From contig CAZYYU010000005.1 in assembly GCA_964651735.1 (NCBI GenBank), positions 83,031 to 147,030 of the forward strand: 64,000 nt of DNA. The letters run 5' to 3'. Below, piece after piece: positions 25,145 to 34,043 of this stretch. The translations under genes were made by a program, and so were the position numbers. Below the pieces are notes generated by a model. That model was not told the origin of the DNA and made no database searches. It saw only the letters and a list, made by a program, of their open reading frames with translations. The stretch is from an uncultured Gammaproteobacteria bacterium (GTDB taxonomy: Bacteria > Pseudomonadota > Gammaproteobacteria > CAZYYU01). Numbering within the stretch: position 1 is the first letter of the stretch; each line of letters starts with the position of its first letter.

Positions 25145-26758
25145 TTATAAAATATTACATTTCCAAAATGATTCTTTTTGTTGTTCAATGTTATTTCCAG
25201 TGGGAGATGAAGCTCTATCTTCATTTATGTTCCCTCTATTAAAAAAATTGGTTACCTCTCCAATTTCTTTATTAACTTTCGCCGGTTCAACAGAGGTTTG
25301 AAAATGTTCAACTTCTGTATCTGATATGACAGGAACATTTGAAGCAGTACTTGCTGGAGTGTTTTTTAATCGCAATAGTAATTTGCCACCATAAGCAAAA
25401 AGACAGGCTCCTATGCTGATCGCTCTTCCAATATATATTCCATTTGCATTTAAAGGCGTATGAAATCCTAAAAGATAAGATAGCGGTCCACCAAGAACCC
25501 ACATTGTTAGAAGACTTAAAACTAATGTGTACCTTGTATCTTCAAAGCCTCTTAAGTCTCCAATAAATGTAATTCTAGCGACATCCATAATTGCAGTTAA
25601 ACTTGTTATTAATAATAATGATTTACCTAAACCCAAAATTGTTTCATCCGAAGTCTTCAAAAATGCTGATATTAATTGAGTTGATGCGACATTATAAACA
25701 ATGACAGCGCAGCTAGACAGAACGAATCCAATCGATAATCCAAGTATTATTATTTTCTTAGGATTATCACGTGGAATCTTATGTTTGCTCACAAGGATAC
25801 CTAAGCCATGACTGAGTCCATAACTTGGAACGACAAGGAAGAAAATATATTGCGCAGCAATTTCTTGTGCTGCAAGTTGTTTATCACCTAACCAACCGCA
25901 CATAATGATGCTAAAAAATAAGGAAAAACGTTCGGAAAGAATTGATAGAGAAATTTCAGACCCTTTTATAAATAGTTTTTTGAATGTTTTTGCTTTTTTA
26001 TCTAAATAATGATGAAATAAAGAAAACCTAATGAAATTTTCATGTCTATTTAATTTAATAAAGTAGATAATATTAGCTCCTAATCCCACCCAGGCAAAAA
26101 TTGAGTTTGCATAAGATAATGCTGAAGGTCCTTGTACAGAAAACCCTAATTTTCCTAAAGTCCAACAATATCCGATAAAGGCACTAGGAATTTCAAGAAA
26201 GGCTGCTGATATTATTACAGGCCAGGGCCAGGGTTTATAAATTGTAAAATAGAATTCAAAGAAAACTGAGAGAATAATTTTTGGAAAAGTTAAGATCATG
26301 TAAGGATAGATATACGAGCGAACAATCGCGACTACATTATCCGATTGACCAAATAATGATAAACAATATGGAGACACAAGCGCACCAACACAAGATAAGC
26401 AAGTAAGAATCCCTCCATATAATAGTGATTGCTGAATAACTAGCCCAACTTCCCCATGCTTTTCTTTTCTTATCTTATTGCCTATTTTAATGCTCGTTAC
26501 TTTAATAGCCCCAGTTGCGGTATTAAAGATGACGAGATTTAAGGTTGTTATTAGTCCACTGGCAGCGAGTGCGTCTTCGCTTATAGCTGCTAGGGCAAGG
26601 GATCCAATATAAGCATTTCCTGTTGTTAATATCCTATAAATAGTTGTAGCACCAGCAGTTTGAATCACTAATTTAAAAATCGTTTTATACGAAAATATGG
26701 TTGGGTCTTGTTGGATTAAGCTTTCTCCTTCCCCATTTGAAGATACTTTTGCTAACAT
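25145..26758 (-). CDS. MATE/MOP-superfamily efflux transporter with about 70-aa cytoplasmic tail
   Basis: 537 aa with about 12 hydrophobic helices. N-terminal pattern (FKLVIQTAGATTIYRIL...GSLALAAISEDALAASGL) resembles MATE family TM1-2. Divergent from the LuxR-type gene. Confidence 0.6.
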   Translation of the reverse strand: MLAKVSSNGEGESLIQQDPTIFSYKTIFKLVIQTAGATTIYRILTTGNAYIGSLALAAISEDALAASGLITTLNLVIFNTATGAIKVTSIKIGNKIRKEKHGEVGLVIQQSLLYGGILTCLSCVGALVSPYCLSLFGQSDNVVAIVRSYIYPYMILTFPKIILSVFFEFYFTIYKPWPWPVIISAAFLEIPSAFIGYCWTLGKLGFSVQGPSALSYANSIFAWVGLGANIIYFIKLNRHENFIRFSLFHHYLDKKAKTFKKLFIKGSEISLSILSERFSLFFSIIMCGWLGDKQLAAQEIAAQYIFFLVVPSYGLSHGLGILVSKHKIPRDNPKKIIILGLSIGFVLSSCAVIVYNVASTQLISAFLKTSDETILGLGKSLLLITSLTAIMDVARITFIGDLRGFEDTRYTLVLSLLTMWVLGGPLSYLLGFHTPLNANGIYIGRAISIGACLFAYGGKLLLRLKNTPASTASNVPVISDTEVEHFQTSVEPAKVNKEIGEVTNFFNRGNINEDRASSPTGNNIEQQKESFWKCNIL

Positions 26759-27060
26759 ATCGAAACCTCATTATTTAAACATATGCTAGAAGTCTATACT
26801 TAATCTAAAAAGTGATCCATTAAGTAAATATACTTAGTTAATCCTTCTTAGAATGCAGCATTTGATTAATGCCTTGCTGAGATAGGTATTAATTTAAGAT
26901 TGACGATTCTCTGATCGGCTATGTTCGATAAAACTACTTGTACGCTTTCGCTTATATAGGGTTTATCTCGTGACTAAAATGATCTATGCAAGATTTCTTG
27001 TTAGTGTTGACTCTATATGTAGCTGTAATAATTTAACACGCACAAACATGAGTACAATGA

Positions 27061-27089
27061 TTGACACTTTTCTGAGTATTTGTTAGTGT
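27061..27089 (+). promoter_or_regulatory. Candidate sigma70 promoter for the LuxR-type gene
   Basis: TTGACA (27061-27066), 17-nt spacer, TAGTGT (27084-27089), about 55 nt before ATG 27144. Confidence 0.3.
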
Positions 27090-27143
27090 TTCTACGATTG
27101 TAAGTTGGAAGAGTAAAGCTTTGCTAGCTTATTGAGGAGTGAT

Positions 27144-27986
27144 ATGACTACTGATAGATATTTTCAAAAAAGGATTGAAGAAACGTCTAGTGTTCAACAG
27201 ATTTGCGCTCCTTTAAAAGAGCTGGGTATTTGTGGGTTTTTTTATGTCCGAATCTATAACGATGGTACTTATATAAATTTATCAACCCATCTTGATTGGA
27301 CAGAATTTTTCATGAAAAATTTTTTAAATGGGAAATACAGCAATGAAGCTGTTTCAGATCACTATTTTATATCTCAAGGCATTTCACTGTGGCACTTAAA
27401 TAAAGATAATATAATTTGGCACGAGGGTGAAGAAATATTTGGATTAGGGAATGGAATATCAATTTGTAATGTTCATGATGATTATCATGATTTATATTGT
27501 TTCCACTCTGTTAAAGGTGATGAAAGGATTAATGAGTTTTACTTAAAGAATATTGATTTATTATATCAATTTCCAAGTTATTTCGAAGTAAAAGCTGCTG
27601 ATTTAATTAAAAACGGCAACATATTATCACGTGATCACAAAATACATGTTCCAGAAATATATAGGAATAATTATAGTAATATTCACCCTAAAAACACATC
27701 CATTGATGTAAATAAATATGTTGATTTAATTACTAAGGATGGTTTTATCGTTAACATAGGTAATAGAAAAATTAAATTGACAAAACGGGAAATGGTTGTA
27801 TTGCATTGGACAATTCAAGGTAAATCCAGTGAAGAAATTGCTAGCATTATCAATATTAAGAAAAAAACAGTTGAGGTATATCACGATGAGTTAAAGAAAA
27901 AATTTAACTGTTTTAAAGTAGCCAGGTTAGTTGCCTTAGCTGTTAAAATAGGCCTGGATAGAATATTGGAGATGAAATATTTATAA
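27144..27986 (+). CDS. LuxR/FixJ-family HTH transcriptional regulator with unrecognised about 200-aa N-terminal (ligand-binding?) domain
   Basis: C-terminal LTKREMVVLHWTIQGKSSEEIASIINIKKKTVEVYHDELKKKF is a GerE/LuxR HTH. No receiver-domain Asp pocket was seen. Start placed at ATG 27144 after GAGGAG. Confidence 0.75.
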   Translation: MTTDRYFQKRIEETSSVQQICAPLKELGICGFFYVRIYNDGTYINLSTHLDWTEFFMKNFLNGKYSNEAVSDHYFISQGISLWHLNKDNIIWHEGEEIFGLGNGISICNVHDDYHDLYCFHSVKGDERINEFYLKNIDLLYQFPSYFEVKAADLIKNGNILSRDHKIHVPEIYRNNYSNIHPKNTSIDVNKYVDLITKDGFIVNIGNRKIKLTKREMVVLHWTIQGKSSEEIASIINIKKKTVEVYHDELKKKFNCFKVARLVALAVKIGLDRILEMKYL

Positions 27987-28171
27987 GACATTATAAATAT
28001 AAAAATATATCAAAATTTCCCCTCGAATAATTATGTTTTAAGCATAGTCGGTCACAAATTAGTTAAAAATCCCAGTATAAATACCTAATTGATTCATCCA
28101 AGAACCAACGATATATTGTATATAAAATAAACACAGGTAATTGCTTGTTGTTTAAAACTATATTTTGATTG

Positions 28172-28224
28172 TTTGATTGATAATCAAATATTAATGAGGA
28201 GATAGTATTTTGAAACAATACTAT
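28172..28224. promoter_or_regulatory. Two small palindromes upstream of the operon (candidate operator/leader structure)
   Basis: TTTGATT-GAT-AATCAAA (28172-28188), preceded by a direct TTTGATTG repeat. ATAGTATT-N7-AATACTAT (28202-28224), 36 nt before ATG 28260. Confidence 0.3.
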
Positions 28225-28259
28225 TTAAGACAGGTAATAGAATCGCAAGGTAGAAATAT

Positions 28260-29441
28260 ATGAGTAATTCTCCATTGTCAATTATTTCACCATTTAAGGG
28301 TGTTAGACCAAAAATCGGTATACCATTTAAAATCGAATCGGGATTAGTTGTACCTGAATCGATACATACTGAAAATTTTTATATATATAAAGAACATGAC
28401 GAGTATATCAAAATTTTGATGCAGAATGGATGGCTTATACAAGATCTTGAACCATGTTACTATGTTTTTCAAATTTGGAATAATGTTAAAACTCATACTG
28501 GTTTAATAGCAAATACTCTCTCTTCAGCTTACAAATACGGAAAAATTCGACAGCATGAAAAAACATTGTCGAGTAAACTCTCCTTCCTAAAGGGGCGGTT
28601 TGAATACAATAGAATACAGATAAATCCTGTAATGTTATTACATAAAAACTCATCTCATGTAAAAAATGTTTTAAGTAATATTACAGAGAAAATGTATGAT
28701 TTTCAGGTAGCATATGAAAACCCATACTCATTAATAAAGTTTTGGGCAATTCGAGACAAGAAAAATATTAATCTTATCACTCAAGCATATTCTACTATTA
28801 ATGATTTATACCTTGGTGATGGTCACCATAGGAGCTCATGTTTGGCTTTTATGAGTGACAATGAAGAAATTAATACTCCGATTATGGTTGCACTATTTGA
28901 TGAAGATAATATTGAAACAAAAGCATTTCAAAAAGAATTTTTTTATCCCGACAGTATTTCCTCTGAAAGTATCTTAAACATGTTTAGTCAATATTTTAAA
29001 ATTGAGCGCTTAAGTGACTTTGGAGAAAAAAATCAGGAACAACATAATATATTATCTATAAATAAAAAATATTACAATATGTCATTACATCAAAAATCTC
29101 TTGATCTGTCTCCAAGCCAAGCATATTTTGAAACAAATAATTGTTTAGAAAGGGTATTTTGTAAAATTAAAGAATTCGGAATATTATTATCACATAATAA
29201 AAATATACCACAAATGATCTCATTAAATGACAGTAAATACGATTATAAATGTTTTACAGTAACAATCCCTTCAATATCAATTAACAGTTTTTTTGAGATA
29301 GTAGATAAGAATGTTCTTTTGCCAGTTCAATCTACGTGCTTTGAACCAAAATTACCTAATGGTTTAGTTACCAATTTATTAACAAAAGTTTACATTAATA
29401 ATGTGGTTAATCAACCCTTTAAAAAATCTATACAAAAGTAA
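28260..29441 (+). CDS. DUF1015-family protein
   Basis: 393 aa. N-terminal IISPFKGVRP and the central LGDGHHRS motif are characteristic of DUF1015. Confidence 0.7.
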   Translation: MSNSPLSIISPFKGVRPKIGIPFKIESGLVVPESIHTENFYIYKEHDEYIKILMQNGWLIQDLEPCYYVFQIWNNVKTHTGLIANTLSSAYKYGKIRQHEKTLSSKLSFLKGRFEYNRIQINPVMLLHKNSSHVKNVLSNITEKMYDFQVAYENPYSLIKFWAIRDKKNINLITQAYSTINDLYLGDGHHRSSCLAFMSDNEEINTPIMVALFDEDNIETKAFQKEFFYPDSISSESILNMFSQYFKIERLSDFGEKNQEQHNILSINKKYYNMSLHQKSLDLSPSQAYFETNNCLERVFCKIKEFGILLSHNKNIPQMISLNDSKYDYKCFTVTIPSISINSFFEIVDKNVLLPVQSTCFEPKLPNGLVTNLLTKVYINNVVNQPFKKSIQK

Positions 29442-29490
29442 TAATGATTTGAATAACTATGCTAGAGGATCTTCAAATGGGAGTAATATT

Positions 29491-30972
29491 ATGAGAATTA
29501 GAGATGGGAAGACATATATTAAGGAAATATCTAAAGAGAGGGAGGTATATGTAAATGGTGAATGTGTGAATGATGTGACTAAACATAGCGCATTCAAATC
29601 TACTATAAATAGTATCGCAATGTTATATGATTTACAGCATCATGATAAGTATAAATCTACTCTTCTTACAGAATGTCCAATTACGGGTAACATCTTTCCT
29701 ACTTCATATATGCCGCCAAGAAATCAAAAAGAATTAATAAAAAGACATAATGCGTTTAAATTAATGTCTGATGCCACATTTGGAATGATGGGTAGGTCAC
29801 CGGATTTTTTGAATTCAGCAGTCATGGCATTTTCTACTTCAAATGAATTTTTTTATGAAGAAAATAAAAGTTACTCAGACAATATTAAAAAATATTATGA
29901 ATATTGCAGGTCAAATGATTTGTTTTTATCTCATGCTGCAATAAATCCGCAAGTAAATCGATCTAAGTCAGCAAATGAAGAAGAAAATGCAGCATCTTTT
30001 TTACACGTCGTAAGCGAAAACAAAGATGGTATTTATGTTCAGGGTGCTAAATTAATAGCAACATTAGCACCAATTGCAGACGAATTGCTGGTGTTTAATA
30101 TGCCAGGATTGAAAAAAGGTGATGAATCTTATGCATTATTTTTCGCGATACCTATTTCAACCCATGGTCTAAAACTTATTACTAGAGAACCTTTAAATTT
30201 GTATGAATATTCACATTTTGATCATCCATTATCAACGAAATTCGATGAGATTGATTCATCATGTATCTTTGATAATGTGTTTGTTCCATGGGAGAGAGTT
30301 TTTATTTACAAAAATGTCGAAAAATCGAATAAATTATATGATGCCACTTTTACAAGACATCATACAGGTCAGCAAGGGATTATTCGTGGCTTATCTAAAG
30401 CAGAGTTCTTAGTTAGTATTGCAATTAAAATTGCAAAAGTAACAGGTACAGATTCTTTTTTGCATGTAAGGCAGAAGCTAGGTGAAATTATTGCTTATTT
30501 GGAATTGGTTAAAGGTGCTATTAATCTTTCTGAAGCAGAAGCTACCGTAAATTGTTGGGGAGTTCTTACACCTTCTATTCAACCCATTTTATCTCTAAGA
30601 TGTCATTTTCCAAAGATGTATCAAGAAATAGTAGATTTTGTAAAAATGTTAGGAGCGGGTGGGTTATTTTCTACACCCATGGAAAACGATTTTAAAAGTG
30701 AAATAGAGGGACTTATAAATCAGTTTTATATAGGTATCGAGATATCTGCATATCAAAAAGCACAGTTAATGAAGTTAGCCTTAGATGCCACATGCAGTAT
30801 GTTTGCGCAAAGACAGATACTCTATGAATTCTATCATGCAGGTGATCCTGTAAGGCTTGCAGACAATATTTATAATATGCAAGATTTTGAAAAATATGAC
30901 AGACTTGTCAATCGAGCGCTGTGTGAAAATAGTAGCACTATAGAAAATTTTGAATTTATAGATCAGTTTTAA
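29491..30972 (+). CDS. HpaB-family (4-hydroxyphenylacetate 3-monooxygenase-like) two-component flavin-dependent monooxygenase, oxygenase component
   Basis: 493 aa from ATG 29491. MRIRDGKTYIKEISKEREVYVNGECVNDVTKHSAFK plus the length and overall pattern fit HpaB/4-hydroxybutyryl-CoA dehydratase-fold proteins. No Cys cluster for an Fe-S dehydratase was seen. Confidence 0.65.
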   Translation: MRIRDGKTYIKEISKEREVYVNGECVNDVTKHSAFKSTINSIAMLYDLQHHDKYKSTLLTECPITGNIFPTSYMPPRNQKELIKRHNAFKLMSDATFGMMGRSPDFLNSAVMAFSTSNEFFYEENKSYSDNIKKYYEYCRSNDLFLSHAAINPQVNRSKSANEEENAASFLHVVSENKDGIYVQGAKLIATLAPIADELLVFNMPGLKKGDESYALFFAIPISTHGLKLITREPLNLYEYSHFDHPLSTKFDEIDSSCIFDNVFVPWERVFIYKNVEKSNKLYDATFTRHHTGQQGIIRGLSKAEFLVSIAIKIAKVTGTDSFLHVRQKLGEIIAYLELVKGAINLSEAEATVNCWGVLTPSIQPILSLRCHFPKMYQEIVDFVKMLGAGGLFSTPMENDFKSEIEGLINQFYIGIEISAYQKAQLMKLALDATCSMFAQRQILYEFYHAGDPVRLADNIYNMQDFEKYDRLVNRALCENSSTIENFEFIDQF

Positions 30973-30995
30973 TTTTAAACATTTATGGAGTAAAC

Positions 30996-32189
30996 ATGTT
31001 ATATAATCTGTCTCGAATAAAGCAAATGATGGATGTAAATGACTTTGAAGCAATAGTAGCTACAACAAGAGAAAACATTATATATTTAACAGGTATTGAT
31101 AGTGTTTCTTTACGATTATTTCCCTATGATGGCCAATGCTATGTCTTGATATTACGCAGTAAAATTAATAACCCTTATTTCATATCATTCAAAGGTGAAG
31201 CAGATCAAATATTAGATAGTGATGTGTCATTTAGCGATATAATATGCTTTGGTGAATTTTATCGTGAACTACCTCCAAATATAGAACTCACGCGTTCAGA
31301 GAGTCGACTATACAATGCTACAAACTCACATATTTATGAATCACCTATCGAAGCATTGATAAAAACAATTAAAAATCTAAAGCTAGACAATAAGAAAATT
31401 GGGATTGATGAGATCGGTCTCAGATATGGTTATTTAAACCAATTAAAAATAAATTTACCCAATGCAAATATTGAAGAAATGTCAAAATCATGGCGTTGGG
31501 TTCGAAAGGTAAAAACTGAAGAAGAAATTAAGCGTTTGAAAATTTCAGCGGCTATCACGGAAAATGCTATTATAGAAGCTGCAAGTTATGCACGAGTAGG
31601 AATTACAGAACTCGAAATGGCTAATAGATTTAACCAATCTGTGATTAATCAAGGTGGATTGCCCAGGCTTACATTAATTCGATTTGGTCGGAATGCAGTA
31701 AGTGGCCAAGTAAATCCAGGACATACTACATTGATGCAGGGCGACATCATCTGGTTCGACTGTGACAGTGAATATCTTGGATATTGGTCAGATATCGCAA
31801 GAGTATATAGTTTTGGTACACCGAGTGATTATTATGTCAAAACATACAATGCCTTACTTTCAGGACAGCAATTTGCAATAGAACATGCAAAAGCGGGTCA
31901 AACAGGTGCTGATATTTTTAACATGGTTATGGGCTCTGTTCACAATTCAGGTTTTTCAGCTTATAAAAGACATCATGTTGGACACGGAATAGGCTTAGAA
32001 GCTTATGAGTATCCCATCTTATCTTCGATGAACACTGATTATCTTGAAGATGGTTGTGTTATTAATGTTGAAACTCCTTATTATGAATATGGCTTAGGTG
32101 CCTTACACGTTGAAGATCCAATACATATTAATAAGAATGGAAATCAATTGCTAAGTTCAACGGATCGAGAACTACGGATTATCGAGTAA
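30996..32189 (+). CDS. M24-family metallohydrolase (Xaa-Pro peptidase / creatinase / ectoine-hydrolase-like)
   Basis: 397 aa. Creatinase_N-like N-terminus. All five metal ligands appear in order: D..D in IIWFDCDSEYLGYWSDIARV, H in HHVGHGIG, E in VINVETP, E in LHVEDP. Confidence 0.8.
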   Translation: MLYNLSRIKQMMDVNDFEAIVATTRENIIYLTGIDSVSLRLFPYDGQCYVLILRSKINNPYFISFKGEADQILDSDVSFSDIICFGEFYRELPPNIELTRSESRLYNATNSHIYESPIEALIKTIKNLKLDNKKIGIDEIGLRYGYLNQLKINLPNANIEEMSKSWRWVRKVKTEEEIKRLKISAAITENAIIEAASYARVGITELEMANRFNQSVINQGGLPRLTLIRFGRNAVSGQVNPGHTTLMQGDIIWFDCDSEYLGYWSDIARVYSFGTPSDYYVKTYNALLSGQQFAIEHAKAGQTGADIFNMVMGSVHNSGFSAYKRHHVGHGIGLEAYEYPILSSMNTDYLEDGCVINVETPYYEYGLGALHVEDPIHINKNGNQLLSSTDRELRIIE

Positions 32190-32216
32190 TTTGTGAATAA
32201 TGGTATGGAGTAGATA

Positions 32217-33287
32217 ATGATCGTAAATAATTTATTAGAGATAATAGGAAATACTATATGTATTAAGGTTAAAAATGTTATAGCGAATGACACCAGTCGT
32301 ATATTTTTAAAACTGGAATGTCTAAATCCAACACTAAGTCTTAAAGATAGACTGGCCTTAGCATTAGTTAATGATGCAGAAAAATCAGGAAAACTTAAAA
32401 AAGGCTCTACCATCATTGAATCAACTTCAGGTAATTTAGGGCGTTCTCTTTCTTTAATATGCAATCAACGGGGCTACCGATTAATATTAGTTTTAGACCC
32501 AAAAGTTTCACAGACAAATTTATCTTATTACAAAGCATTTGGAGCTGAAATCGTGATGGTTGATGAGAAAGATCAAAATGGTGGATATCAAAAATCGCGT
32601 ATTAAAAAAGTGAAGGACTTGCTCAATGAAATTCCTTCTGCTGTTTGGTTGAATCAATATAATAATTTGAATAGCCAAACCGCATATCAATATACCCTAG
32701 CAAATGAAATTATCTCTGATTTTAAACATATAGATCATTTAGTCGCATCTGTAAGTACAGGAGCTCATTTGTCGGGTGTAAGCAAACAATTAATTACTAA
32801 ATTTCCACAATTAACAGTAACTGCTGTTGATGCATACGGTTCTTCAATATTTGGGTTTCCGTACAAACCACATTATATGAATGGAATTGGACTGAGTTGG
32901 ACACCCAAAAATCTAGATTTAAGTGTAATTAAAAATATACATATAGTCAGTGATGTACAAGCGTTTTCAGTGTGCAGACTATTATCTACTTTAGATGGAC
33001 TGCTTGTAGGCGGATCTGGTGGAGCAGTACTTTTTTCATGCTTAAAGTTAGCATTACAGAATAGCGAGCCACAAATAATATTGGGTATTATTCCAGATTC
33101 AGGTATTACTTATCTAAATAGTATTTATAATGACGAATGGATAGATTCAAAATCAATATCTCTTTTTAGATCCTTAGAAGAAGTTATTGAAGAATGTGAA
33201 AATAATTCAGAATTTTATTCCATCGAAGGGGTTCTTTCTAAAAATCATGAACGCATTTTAAATAATATAGATATTTGCGAGGTTTAA
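32217..33287 (+). CDS. Fold-type II PLP enzyme of the CysK/CBS/SbnA family (beta-replacement type)
   Basis: 356 aa. PLP-lysine motif NPTLSLKDR, then ESTSGNLGRSL and SVSTGAHLSG, the substitute of the GTGGT loop. Confidence 0.8.
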   Translation: MIVNNLLEIIGNTICIKVKNVIANDTSRIFLKLECLNPTLSLKDRLALALVNDAEKSGKLKKGSTIIESTSGNLGRSLSLICNQRGYRLILVLDPKVSQTNLSYYKAFGAEIVMVDEKDQNGGYQKSRIKKVKDLLNEIPSAVWLNQYNNLNSQTAYQYTLANEIISDFKHIDHLVASVSTGAHLSGVSKQLITKFPQLTVTAVDAYGSSIFGFPYKPHYMNGIGLSWTPKNLDLSVIKNIHIVSDVQAFSVCRLLSTLDGLLVGGSGGAVLFSCLKLALQNSEPQIILGIIPDSGITYLNSIYNDEWIDSKSISLFRSLEEVIEECENNSEFYSIEGVLSKNHERILNNIDICEV

Positions 33288-33290
33288 ATA

Positions 33291-34043
33291 ATGCATTCTA
33301 AAGAGTTTAATATATTAAACATGAAGTTTTTAAAAATAAATATATGTATAATAGAGCTAATCTGTATTGAATCTGTAAATGACATTAATTACTATGCGGG
33401 CCAATTTTTGGAATTATTATATCCCGGTTCTAATCAAAACATGCGTCATGTACCCATTACTATAGCCTCACCACCTCACGAATTTCCAAAAATTGAGTTA
33501 CATATTTCATACAAATATAAATCCTTTTCCAAGGAGCTGATAAAATATTTACAGTATTGTTTTAAGTCAAAAAAAACAATAAGAGCTATTTTCCCATTAG
33601 GATCATGTCATGTAGGGTTAACGCCAATTAATATGCCAATCGTTTTTTTTGTTCGTGGCACAGGATTCTCTCAAGCAAAGAGTATCATTGAGCATTTTTT
33701 ATATACAGGAATTAAACATCATTTGTATTTGTTTCGCGAAGTGGAAAATATATCCGATGCATACTGCAGTGATAAAGTCGAATATTGGATTAAAAATCAG
33801 AAATTAATCACTACCTCGTTATTGGTTAAAGACAAGAATATAGAATCAACCGCACAGGTGGAAAAGATTTTTAACGAGATGTCGGACCAACTGAATATTT
33901 TTAATGACAAACTCTATTTTCTTACAGGATCATATAAATCCATATTAGAGATATATCGGGGCTTAATGTCTCGTGGGGTATCAAAAAATAATATTAAGTC
34001 TGATTTATTAAATCCTATTAATAGAATGGAAAATCAAATATGA
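33291..34043 (+). CDS. Fre-like NAD(P)H:flavin oxidoreductase (FNR fold)
   Basis: 250 aa, colinear with E. coli Fre. GQFLELLYP...VPITIASPP matches GQYLMVV...RPFSMAS, ELHIS matches ELHI, and MPIVFFVRGTGFSQAKSII matches PMILIAGGTGFSYARSIL. No C-terminal Cys cluster. Confidence 0.7.
   Translation: MHSKEFNILNMKFLKINICIIELICIESVNDINYYAGQFLELLYPGSNQNMRHVPITIASPPHEFPKIELHISYKYKSFSKELIKYLQYCFKSKKTIRAIFPLGSCHVGLTPINMPIVFFVRGTGFSQAKSIIEHFLYTGIKHHLYLFREVENISDAYCSDKVEYWIKNQKLITTSLLVKDKNIESTAQVEKIFNEMSDQLNIFNDKLYFLTGSYKSILEIYRGLMSRGVSKNNIKSDLLNPINRMENQI

Noticed and set aside
29401-29490. N-terminal extension of the HpaB-like ORF
   Set aside because: It overlaps the DUF1015 3' end. ATG 29491 follows a purine-rich stretch (GGGAG) and matches the family N-terminus.
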